A stretch of 34,454 bases of DNA, from IMG/VR virus record IMGVR_UViG_3300030012_001177, positions 1 through 34,454 of that record; one strand, written 5' to 3'. Source of the DNA: a virus (lineage: Duplodnaviria > Caudoviricetes). The notes below the pieces were generated by a model that saw only the letters and a list, made by a program, of their open reading frames with translations, made no database searches and was not told where the DNA came from. The position numbers were made by a program, and so were the translations under genes. Shown piece after piece: positions 1 through 7,981 of the stretch. Every line of letters starts with the position of its first letter. Positions within the stretch are counted from its first letter, which is position 1.

Positions 1-247
1 CTCTCAAAGATTAAAAGCAAAGCGAACAGGATATTTGAGAGGGGTATCAGACCTTCTTATATTCGAGCCAAACAAAACCTACAAAGGATTGTTTATAGAG
101 CTAAAAAAAGACAGGAAGTGTTATCCCTCCAAAGAGCAGAAGATATTCATTCAGAACGCACTAGATAGAGGCTACTATGCTGTTTGTGCAAAAGGCTTTG
201 ACCAATGCAAGGATATTATAGATAAATACTTTAATGATGAAATCTAA
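1..247 (+). CDS. 3' part of the VRR-NUC nuclease gene (duplicate of the end of 34036-34404)
   Basis: GVSDLLI...LFIELK...SKEQ..F....GY motif; lies within the terminal overlap. Confidence 0.85.
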   Translation, partial: SQRLKAKRTGYLRGVSDLLIFEPNKTYKGLFIELKKDRKCYPSKEQKIFIQNALDRGYYAVCAKGFDQCKDIIDKYFNDEI

Positions 248-297
248 ATACTACTACGACTACACTAGAAATATAGACACAACAGAAGCGAGTTCGG
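1..297. repeat. Terminal direct repeat, left copy (matches 34158-34454); indicates a circular or circularly permuted assembly
   Basis: Direct comparison: 295/297 identical; mismatches at 55 (T) vs 34212 (G) and 296 (G) vs 34453 (A). Confidence 0.97.
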
Positions 298-572
298 AGG
301 AACTAAAAGCTATAAACGACAGGTTATTTAAGAATGTTGGCAACAACATATCTGTTCCAAGCTACTATGTTGGTAGCAACGGATATGAGGCAAGGAAGGT
401 TATATCAGGTTTTGATTTGTCATACAATGTTGGGACTGCCACCACCTACTTATTGCGATGTGGAAAGAAAAAGGAAGAAGGTATGACCGACAAAGAAAAA
501 CACATAGAAGATATAGAGAAAGCTATTAATCATTTAATGTTTGAATTAGAGAAGTTAAGAGATGAGTGTTAA
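234..572 (+). CDS. DUF3310/SaV-like phage protein
   Basis: PSYY...G...YLLRCGKK...EDIEKAINHL pattern typical of DUF3310. Confidence 0.75.
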   Translation: MMKSKYYYDYTRNIDTTEASSEELKAINDRLFKNVGNNISVPSYYVGSNGYEARKVISGFDLSYNVGTATTYLLRCGKKKEEGMTDKEKHIEDIEKAINHLMFELEKLRDEC

Positions 573-759
573 TGTATTTGAAAGAAAAGACCGTAGGGGT
601 GGTGGCTATGCTAAACGTAAATTTACTTTAGAGGAAGCAAACTCAATTCGTGATGAGTATAAAGCAGGGGGGATCAGTCAGAATAAGTTGGCAGATAAGT
701 ATAATGTAAGTCAACCTATAATAAATATGATACTTAAAAACAAAACTTATTGTAAATAA
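562..759 (+). CDS. Small helix-turn-helix DNA-binding protein
   Basis: KFTLEEANSIR...ISQNKLADKYNVSQPIINMIL HTH signature; overlaps upstream stop. Confidence 0.75.
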   Translation: MSVNVFERKDRRGGGYAKRKFTLEEANSIRDEYKAGGISQNKLADKYNVSQPIINMILKNKTYCK

Positions 760-791
760 TTTGGTAGTTTAATAAATAATTTGTATATTTG
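760..791 (+). promoter_or_regulatory. Bacteroidota sigma-A promoter
   Basis: TTTG (760-763), 20-nt spacer, TATATTTG (784-791); matches the -33/-7 consensus. Confidence 0.8.
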
Positions 792-883
792 TATAACAAA
801 TGGGGGATAGGGGTGTCCTCACTAGGGGGGGGGTGTCCTCCACAAGTTCCCCAAAATTTATTAACCAAACAAAATATTACAAT

Positions 884-1210
884 ATGAATTACGATAATTG
901 GAAATTGATGTCAGACAGAGATGAGATGAACTATGCTGACGATGACTTATGCAAATCAGATGTTATATACTTTTTAAATCAAGAGGGTGCTTATGACATA
1001 GATGTTATGGAAGGAGAAACAACCTGTGATGTTAACTTTAATTATGAGGGTGCTTGGTATGTCGTAGATGATTTGACGTTAGAAGATTTTAAAGATATGT
1101 CTAACATAAAAGATATGATAGCTATATATGACGACACAGGAACTTCTTGTTGTGGCGCAAGTTATGATGCAGATAACAGAAGATGCCATCATTGTAAAGA
1201 AGCTTTTTAA
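884..1210 (+). CDS. Acidic hypothetical early protein with C-terminal Zn-finger-like motif
   Basis: Likely start ATG 884 (MNYDNWKL) after an A-rich leader; SCC...CHHC motif; the ORF-track start at 800 lies in the G-rich leader. Confidence 0.7.
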   Translation: MNYDNWKLMSDRDEMNYADDDLCKSDVIYFLNQEGAYDIDVMEGETTCDVNFNYEGAWYVVDDLTLEDFKDMSNIKDMIAIYDDTGTSCCGASYDADNRRCHHCKEAF

Positions 1211-1256
1211 AAATGTATTGTTTATTTTTGTAATGTTTTGGTGACAATACTTTTTT

Positions 1257-1293
1257 AGGTGTGAGGTTTTGATAGTTCCTCGCACCTTTTTTT
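1257..1293 (+). terminator. Rho-independent terminator
   Basis: AGGTGTGAGG / CCTCGCACCT stem followed by a T-tract. Confidence 0.8.
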
Positions 1294-1349
1294 GTGTTAT
1301 TATTTTTATTTATATTTCTATTATAAAAAAATATTTAAAACAAACCACT

Positions 1350-1415
1350 AAGTATCTGCTGAGTAACTGCCAAGTAACTGCCAAGTAACTGCCAAGTAAC
1401 TGCTAGGGGACTGCC
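1350..1415. repeat. Six tandem 11-bp repeats (consensus AAGTAACTGCC)
   Basis: Units start at 1350, 1361, 1372, 1383, 1394 and 1405; the outer units are degenerate. Confidence 0.95.
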
Positions 1416-1432
1416 ATAGGGTTATGTTTGGT

Positions 1433-1501
1433 CTTAGTGTAGTTCGTACACTTACCTTAGTGTAGCTTTTACACTTACCTTAGTGTGTGTTGTACGCTAA
1501 C
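1433..1501. repeat. Three tandem 23-bp repeats, each carrying the palindrome AGTGTA-N5-TACACT
   Basis: CTTAGTGTAGTTCGTACACTTAC / CTTAGTGTAGCTTTTACACTTAC / CTTAGTGTGTGTTGTACGCTAAC (third unit degenerate). Confidence 0.9.
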
Positions 1502-1723
1502 TACCTTTACAAATTATTTTTGACATACACAAATAAAGTTATTAACAATTATTTTGTTGATAAGTCGTAATGTCGTTTAACGCTATTTTTAAGCGTTTTA
1601 AAGCATTAACACCCCCCTGTAATATCGTTACACCTAAAAAAAAAGTTATTAAAATAGAAGAAAATTACTAGATAAGAAATTTACTAAATATATATTTTTT
1701 TTAAAAAAAGATTAAATTTGTTG

Positions 1724-1754
1724 TTGTGTAATTAAAAAATTTGTTTTACATTTG
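1724..1754 (+). promoter_or_regulatory. Bacteroidota sigma-A promoter
   Basis: TTG (1724-1726), 20-nt spacer, TACATTTG (1747-1754), upstream of ATG 1784. Confidence 0.7.
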
Positions 1755-1783
1755 TACCATATTAATAAATAAAACAAAACATT

Positions 1784-2002
1784 ATGAACCTTTTACAATT
1801 ATTTGATAAATACGCTGATTACAACGGAGTTTCTAAACTAGGTGACCTACTAGAGAAAAACGATTATGGCTATGAGTATTGGTTATATCTTAGAAAGCCT
1901 GAAACATTAACAAAGCTGCCGTTTGACTTAAATTTAGTCAGATTACTAGAAACAAATCTAGAGCCTATGCCGTTCAATCTAGCTCAAATTAATAATTACT
2001 AA
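1784..2002 (+). CDS. Hypothetical early protein
   Basis: ATG with A-rich leader directly after a promoter. Confidence 0.6.
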   Translation: MNLLQLFDKYADYNGVSKLGDLLEKNDYGYEYWLYLRKPETLTKLPFDLNLVRLLETNLEPMPFNLAQINNY

Positions 2003-2014
2003 AAACTATCAGAG

Positions 2015-3130
2015 ATGAAAAATTCAATTAACAAATTGTTTAAAAAAGCTATTTTAGATATTCAGAAAGGCGGCCACACAAGAAAGCCTTACAATACTAG
2101 CACACCCATTAAATTGGGATTTAGCCAAACCGACTATACAAAGATTAGCTACATAACTGAGAAGCGACAAAATGAGCTTTTAGAGTATGGACAAATGGTA
2201 AACAAAACATTTGACAAGGAGCAAAGAAAGAAATACTTTTATCATACGACCATTGAAAAAATCATCAACAAGCATTTTAGCGAAGTGGTTACAGATGATT
2301 GCAAAGTCTTGCAGATTGTTTTGCAGCTTAAAAAAGACTTATTTGACCTAAGACCCCTAAACATCAAGGTTTATGATGGTATTGAAATAGCAGGTGTCTA
2401 TTCTATGGAAAATCATTCTTTGGGAACTATGTCCTGTATGCAGGAAAAACCATTGTCTTATTTTGAGATTTACAACCATCTACCTGTCAAGATGTACGCC
2501 ATTATTGAAAATGATACTTTGTTAGCTCGTTGCCTCGTCTGGAAGTGTAAAACTTTAAATTTCAGGGGGGACGTACCAACGGAGTCAGTTTATATAGATA
2601 GAATATATACCTACGCACATAACGAAAGCATCGCTTTGCATATATATGCTAAGATGATTTTGCAGATTGCAAAGATGAATAACGTTAATACAAAAGATGG
2701 CAGAGTTTACGCATATAATTTCAAGAATATCAGCATAGATAATATACGTGGCAGGTATTGTCCGCCATTCGATGCGGTTGACTTTCAAGGTAAAAATCTT
2801 GAGGACTTTGAATATTTACCCTACATGGACACTTTTAAATATGGCAGCGTCTATGATAATTGTTTAGCCTTAGACTCTAGCTCTAACGTTTCACATTTGT
2901 TAGACTCAACAAACGGAAGTTACTCTGAAGTTGATTATAAAACCTGTGAGTGTTGCGGCGTAGAAATAGACGAAGGCGATGAAATATACGTTGAAGATAT
3001 GGTTGAATACAGGTGCGAAGATTGTGCAAGATACAGCGAGATTGATGGTTGTTGGTATGCAGAAGAAAACGTAACTTATATTAATGGTAACGTAAACGAC
3101 TTTGTTTTAACCTCAGATATTGACAATTAA
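2015..3130 (+). CDS. Hypothetical protein, possible GNAT/PcfJ-like core with C-terminal Zn-ribbon
   Basis: 371-aa ORF; SCM, ARCLVW, YIDRIY and PYMDTF motifs; CECC...CEDC in an acidic tail; fold assignment is inference. Confidence 0.55.
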   Translation: MKNSINKLFKKAILDIQKGGHTRKPYNTSTPIKLGFSQTDYTKISYITEKRQNELLEYGQMVNKTFDKEQRKKYFYHTTIEKIINKHFSEVVTDDCKVLQIVLQLKKDLFDLRPLNIKVYDGIEIAGVYSMENHSLGTMSCMQEKPLSYFEIYNHLPVKMYAIIENDTLLARCLVWKCKTLNFRGDVPTESVYIDRIYTYAHNESIALHIYAKMILQIAKMNNVNTKDGRVYAYNFKNISIDNIRGRYCPPFDAVDFQGKNLEDFEYLPYMDTFKYGSVYDNCLALDSSSNVSHLLDSTNGSYSEVDYKTCECCGVEIDEGDEIYVEDMVEYRCEDCARYSEIDGCWYAEENVTYINGNVNDFVLTSDIDN

Positions 3131-3156
3131 TTATTAACTTTTTAAACATTACAATT

Positions 3157-3408
3157 ATGAATTTAACACAAACACAAAAAGACGTTCTTTACTTATTGAG
3201 TGTGCCGTTTATATTGGGAGTATGTTTCCTTATGGAAGTTTATTTGGCTTTTATTGGCGTTACTTATTGCAATATTTGGCTAATTTTTTTCTTGAATTAC
3301 ACAAATAAACACAAATTTAACGCACTTTTGACGGAATTTATACAACAGATTCCGTCAATTTTTTTTGCAGGGTGGGGTAAGCAAATATATGCAACCACAA
3401 CAAAATGA
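3157..3408 (+). CDS. Small membrane protein
   Basis: Hydrophobic stretch VLYLLSVPFILGVCFLMEVYLAFIGV; A-rich leader. Confidence 0.55.
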   Translation: MNLTQTQKDVLYLLSVPFILGVCFLMEVYLAFIGVTYCNIWLIFFLNYTNKHKFNALLTEFIQQIPSIFFAGWGKQIYATTTK

Positions 3409-3592
3409 AATCCAATTTTATATGTTGTTTAGGAATAGAATTATTTTTAATTTGGAGTACGTTTAATCAACGTTGCAAGAACGCTACGAAGTTAGTGTTT
3501 AAACGTTAGAGTTTTACGCAAAAGTTGGAAGGAAACTAAAATTAGACCCCCATATTACACAAAAAAAATTTTAAAAGTCTATTTTATAGGTT

Positions 3593-3670
3593 AAGGGGTT
3601 AGGCAAGGGTATATAGTACCCTACATAATAAAGATAAAGCTATAGATAAGGCTAAATATAAGGTTAAGGT
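3593..3670 (+). repeat. Origin-like element copy A (AGGG/ACCCT motifs plus A-rich hexamer array)
   Basis: Same architecture as 27420-27490 and 31787-31872. Confidence 0.7.
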
Positions 3671-3689
3671 TTTTTTGTTATATTTGCGT

Positions 3690-4067
3690 ATGGCAGAAGA
3701 AAAAAAGAAGAAGGTTGTTGGCAGACCATTCCAAGTTGGAAATGTTATGGGAGGTAGAACCAAAGGCTCTATAAACAAAGTAACAAAATTTTCAAGAGAG
3801 GTTCTCACTTTAGCTTTAGCAGGTCAGGAAGAAAATATTAGAAACGCACTAGAAAAATTATCAGAAAAAAATCCTGAAGCCTATATTAGTGCAGTAGCAA
3901 AACTTCTTAACTACGCCATACCTAAACTTCAATCAACGGAAATAAATGCAGGTGGCAACACAAAAATAGAAATCACATTAGATGATACTATGAGTGTTGA
4001 TGACCTAAAAAAACGTATGGAGGAGATGGAGGCGGAGGAAACAGATTTTGAAGAAGTAGATGAATAA
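3690..4067 (+). CDS. terS: Terminase small subunit
   Basis: GRPFQVGN..GGRTKGSINKVT N-terminus, L...IPKLQS motif, directly upstream of terL; likely start ATG 3690. Confidence 0.8.
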   Translation: MAEEKKKKVVGRPFQVGNVMGGRTKGSINKVTKFSREVLTLALAGQEENIRNALEKLSEKNPEAYISAVAKLLNYAIPKLQSTEINAGGNTKIEITLDDTMSVDDLKKRMEEMEAEETDFEEVDE

Positions 4068-5487
4068 GGACAAAAAGAAAGCCTTATTGAAGGCGATGGA
4101 GAAAGCTATATGCGAGAAGTCATTTTACGAGTTCTTTGTCAAAGCCTTTCCTATAGCAGAGCCATCAGTCCCATTATCAACAAATTTTCATCATAAATAT
4201 CTTTGCGATATATTACAAGCAGAAGCAGAAAGAATAATCAGAGGAGAAAGAAAGGGTAAGGATATAATTATCAATATTCCTTTCCGTAGCACTAAATCAT
4301 TATTAGTAACAGTTATGTTTCCTGCTTGGTGTTGGGCGGTATATCCAAAGATGAGGTTTATCACAGCATCATATTCTGCAGAGATTAGCATAGAACATGC
4401 AACAAAGTCAAGGGATATAATACAAAGCGAGTGGTTTCAAAGTCATTGGTCAGAAACATTTCACATTAAGAAAGACCAAAACCTAAAAGCTAGATACGAA
4501 AATAATCATCTAGGAGTTAGGAGAGCAACATCTGTTGGTGGTTCTGTTACAGGTCAGGGTGGTGATATAATACTTGTAGATGATCCAACCTCTCCAAAAA
4601 ACGCTGCATCGGAAACAGAAAGGGATAACGCTAACGAATGGTATAAATCAACACTATATTCAAGACTTAACAACCCAACAACAGGGGTTAGAATAATAAT
4701 TATGCAGAGAGTACACGAAGATGACCTTAGCGGCTATCTTTTATACAATTCTCCTGACAAACACGAGCACATTTGCATACCTGCCGAGCTTTCTGACGAT
4801 TTAAGACCTTATGAGCTGTCAAAACACTATGAAGATGGACTTTTTTGGAAAGAAAGGTTTAGTAAAGAGATTTTAGACGACTATAAGTCAGCATTAGGTT
4901 CTTATGGCTACGCAGGACAGCTACAGCAGCGACCAACACCTGCCGATAGTGGTATGATACAGAAAAATTGGTTTAAGATTGATAATGAAAAGACAGAAGG
5001 TGTTGTAAACTTTGTTATTGACCCTGCATACACAGCAAGTCAGAAGAATGACCCATCAGCATTGATGGCGTACACATTTTTTGATGGTAAATGGCAAATA
5101 AGAGAAGTTCAAAACGTAAGGCTTGAGTTTCCTGACCTAATTAGACATATAAAGAAGTTTGTTCATAAAAACGGATATAGCAATCAATCAAAAATATATG
5201 TAGAGCCTAAAGCTAGTGGTAAATCAATAGTTCAAACACTAATTAGAGAAACAGGACTAAACGTAAAAGATGATAAGCCGCCAACAAAAGATAAGGTTGC
5301 CAGAGTTCAAGACATAAGCGCAAGTATAGAAACAGGAAGGGTGTCTTTACTCAAAGGACATTGGAATGACGAGTTTTTGCTACAATGTCAGCAATTTCCA
5401 TCTGCAAAGCACGATGATATGGTAGATTGTCTTGTTATGGCTCTTAATAAGCACTTTTCAGGTAATAATGTGCTATATTTTGGATAA
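4060..5487 (+). CDS. terL: Terminase large subunit
   Basis: Walker A-like PFRSTKS, Walker B ILVDDP, IMQR.HEDDL, QQRP, nuclease-domain DPA and HDDMVD. Confidence 0.95.
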   Translation: MNKDKKKALLKAMEKAICEKSFYEFFVKAFPIAEPSVPLSTNFHHKYLCDILQAEAERIIRGERKGKDIIINIPFRSTKSLLVTVMFPAWCWAVYPKMRFITASYSAEISIEHATKSRDIIQSEWFQSHWSETFHIKKDQNLKARYENNHLGVRRATSVGGSVTGQGGDIILVDDPTSPKNAASETERDNANEWYKSTLYSRLNNPTTGVRIIIMQRVHEDDLSGYLLYNSPDKHEHICIPAELSDDLRPYELSKHYEDGLFWKERFSKEILDDYKSALGSYGYAGQLQQRPTPADSGMIQKNWFKIDNEKTEGVVNFVIDPAYTASQKNDPSALMAYTFFDGKWQIREVQNVRLEFPDLIRHIKKFVHKNGYSNQSKIYVEPKASGKSIVQTLIRETGLNVKDDKPPTKDKVARVQDISASIETGRVSLLKGHWNDEFLLQCQQFPSAKHDDMVDCLVMALNKHFSGNNVLYFG

Positions 5488-5557
5488 AATGATTATAAAA
5501 TACAAGTTTGACCAAAAGTTGCGAAACTTTTAGAAATAAATTAACAATTTTTGCATT

Positions 5558-5965
5558 ATGAAAAATATAAAATGTATGAATAGCAATCATAGACGTATTG
5601 TTAAGAGGCATTTGCGTTTTTTACAGAGAAGAATCTATGTTATGACGGAACACGACACAACAATAGAAAAATTTTCGCAGTTTAATAACATTTTGAAGCA
5701 TATAGTTTCTTACTCTAATGACTTCATTGATAATGCAGATGGCGACTCTGTTGATGAGTGGCTATACATTATACCAAACTTGTCTTTGTACGCTTGTATG
5801 GGTTTTATTACAGGAGCAAGAACAAAAAAGTTGGAGAAGCACATTGATTTTGAGCTTGAGTTAAGAAAATGTCTTGATTCAACTTTAGACGCAGTAGGAG
5901 AACTTAGTGATATGGTTTCTGATATGAAGGCCAAAGAACAACTAGAAAAAGATTTAGAATGTTAG
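5558..5965 (+). CDS. Hypothetical protein (first gene of tail operon)
   Basis: 135-aa ORF overlapping the next start. Confidence 0.65.
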   Translation: MKNIKCMNSNHRRIVKRHLRFLQRRIYVMTEHDTTIEKFSQFNNILKHIVSYSNDFIDNADGDSVDEWLYIIPNLSLYACMGFITGARTKKLEKHIDFELELRKCLDSTLDAVGELSDMVSDMKAKEQLEKDLEC

Positions 5966-6603
5966 TAATAGAAATAGATGGCAAGGAAAAAGAAATTCCT
6001 AGCGATTGGAATGAAATGACACTTGAGTATTATTGTGGTATTTATCAAATATTGCAAAAATACAAGAGAACTGAAGAACAAGATAAGGCCGATGAGGGTA
6101 AAGACCTAGTTAAGTTCTTTTTTACTCAAGAAATTAAGATGTATAACGAATTATTTTGTTATATGACAGGAATGAGTAAAGAAAAAGTAAAAAGGGTTAG
6201 TACTGACGATATAGGAGCTGTTATTAGTTCTTTAGATAACATATTAGAGGAATATAAGCCAAAAGGGTTGACTCACTTTGAATTTGACGGAGATATTTAC
6301 TATTTTCCTATGGATTTCTTTAGAGATGGGACTTTTGGCGAATATATAGAGAGTACGCAGCTAGAAATGAATACAGAGTACCTGAAGAATGGTAGATTTG
6401 ATGTTTTACCTGAACAGATGGCTATTTTGTGTAAATCGGTTGATGAGGAGGTTGATTTAGACAATATTGATGAAAAAGCTAAGGCTTTTAAGAGATTGAC
6501 AATGGATATCGTTTGGGAGTTCGCTTTTTTTTTGAGCAGACAAACGACCAACTCGCTAAACGTTATCCAAACGTTTTTAGAGAAGGCAACTCAAAAAGCA
6601 TAG
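5959..6603 (+). CDS. Tail assembly chaperone (gpG-like)
   Basis: Ends shortly after a T9 slippery run (6525-6533) overlapping a -1-frame ORF. Confidence 0.7.
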   Translation: MLVIEIDGKEKEIPSDWNEMTLEYYCGIYQILQKYKRTEEQDKADEGKDLVKFFFTQEIKMYNELFCYMTGMSKEKVKRVSTDDIGAVISSLDNILEEYKPKGLTHFEFDGDIYYFPMDFFRDGTFGEYIESTQLEMNTEYLKNGRFDVLPEQMAILCKSVDEEVDLDNIDEKAKAFKRLTMDIVWEFAFFLSRQTTNSLNVIQTFLEKATQKA

Positions 6604-6827
6604 CAGTAGTAAAGGCTAGTAAGATAATGAAGCCTTATGGTTGGCTAAACACTCTATACGACATAGCTTTAGACGGTATTTTTACAAATAACGGTAAAGA
6701 TGCAATACAAAGCGTAAAAGATGAAAAGTTTTATAAGGTAATGACATATTTATCTTGGAAAACATCAAAAAGCGACTTTGAGATGGCAGTACAAGAAGAA
6801 CAGAGTAAACAAGTTAATAAAAAATGA
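6525..6827 (+). CDS. Frameshifted C-terminal extension of tail chaperone (gpGT-like)
   Basis: -1 frame relative to the 5959 ORF; FFFEQ...YPNVF...YGW; no good independent start. Confidence 0.7.
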   Translation, partial: FFFEQTNDQLAKRYPNVFREGNSKSIAVVKASKIMKPYGWLNTLYDIALDGIFTNNGKDAIQSVKDEKFYKVMTYLSWKTSKSDFEMAVQEEQSKQVNKK

Positions 6828-7981
6828 GTTTTAATAAATTAAGAGAGTTAACTAATAGATTTGAGCAAAAATGGATAAATGGTGGTTTTATTTTTGGTTA
6901 TGAAAATGAAATAAATGAAAATCACAACAACGACTATCCATTATTATTAGTTTTACCACCAACATCAGTTCTTCCTACAACGGAAGGAGATGTTCAAGAA
7001 GAATATTCTTATGAGTGCTTAATAGTTAAGCCATACTATCAAAATCAAACAGGTTCTCTTGATAGTGTGTTTACCCTATTGGAGCAAGAGGCTTTGAGTT
7101 GGTTACAGAGGGTTTTAGATAGCTATACAAACAAAGAAGTAATATTAAGTCCTGACAGTATATCTGTTGAACGAGAAAAAGAACTATATAATGACAAGTT
7201 GATACAAGTCAGGCTTAGTTTTACTCTAAACTCATTTTCACACTCATTCACATTTACAGATGAGCCACGAATTACTAATTTAAGTCCTTTAGTTTGGCTT
7301 CGTAGCGATATGGGTGTTAAGACTTCTTTTAGTGGTGGTAATGAGGTTGTAAGCAAGTGGATAGACCAAAGTGGCAACGGAAATCACTTTGAACAAGCTA
7401 CAGCAATAAAGATGCCACAATACAAGTATGAGATAACGGAAAACGACTACCCTTATCTTCTTTTTGATGGTAGTAATGATTTTATGAGCTGTGTAAACGG
7501 TGGAATAAACTCAGGTAGTGGAATACCAAAAAATCATACAATAGCTTGGGTGGCCAAAGGTGATAGTCAGCAAGGTAGATTTTTAGCTAAAAACGATAAC
7601 ACTTCAATTCAAAGATTTAATATAGATGTAGATTCATCAAATTTTTGGCAGGTAACACACTCAGATGACGATACAGATGACACTAGCGTAAGTAGCAGCT
7701 CACATTCATCAAACACCCTCTCTATATTTGTAGCCACCTTTAACAACACAACATCAAAGATATACAAGGAAACAACAATGATAGATAATGAATCAGCACC
7801 TTCTTTTGATAGCTTTTCTGATTATGGAACATCAACAAAACTAACACTAGGTTCTTCTGTTTCAGGAAGCTCTACATTTTTTAAAGGATCTATTCAGGAA
7901 TTAATAATATTTGGAAGTTCCCTTGAAGATGCAAAAATAAAAACACTAACGGATTACCTAAAACATAAATATAATATATAA
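6824..7981 (+). CDS. Putative tail terminator/completion domain fused to a LamG/ConA-like domain
   Basis: N-terminal ~140 aa with YPLLLVLPP; C-terminal WLRSD...WIDQSGNGNH...FDGSNDF...GSIQELIIF lectin-fold pattern. Confidence 0.6.
   Translation: MSFNKLRELTNRFEQKWINGGFIFGYENEINENHNNDYPLLLVLPPTSVLPTTEGDVQEEYSYECLIVKPYYQNQTGSLDSVFTLLEQEALSWLQRVLDSYTNKEVILSPDSISVEREKELYNDKLIQVRLSFTLNSFSHSFTFTDEPRITNLSPLVWLRSDMGVKTSFSGGNEVVSKWIDQSGNGNHFEQATAIKMPQYKYEITENDYPYLLFDGSNDFMSCVNGGINSGSGIPKNHTIAWVAKGDSQQGRFLAKNDNTSIQRFNIDVDSSNFWQVTHSDDDTDDTSVSSSSHSSNTLSIFVATFNNTTSKIYKETTMIDNESAPSFDSFSDYGTSTKLTLGSSVSGSSTFFKGSIQELIIFGSSLEDAKIKTLTDYLKHKYNI

Noticed and set aside
1-297. Physical direct terminal repeat
   Set aside because: Begins and ends mid-gene and has mismatches; more consistent with an assembly overlap
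800-883. N-terminal extensions given by the ORF track at 800, 3675, 18228, 20912, 27424 and 31375
   Set aside because: They run through promoters, terminators, leaders or repeat elements; downstream ATGs (884, 3690, 18234, 20960, 27490, 31459) have better context
1350-1501. CRISPR or mini-array
   Set aside because: Units are contiguous with no unique spacers (at most a 5-nt variable loop); no cas genes
3405-3509. 34-aa ORF MKSNFICCLG...
   Set aside because: No recognisable features, and the region looks weakly constrained; cannot be supported
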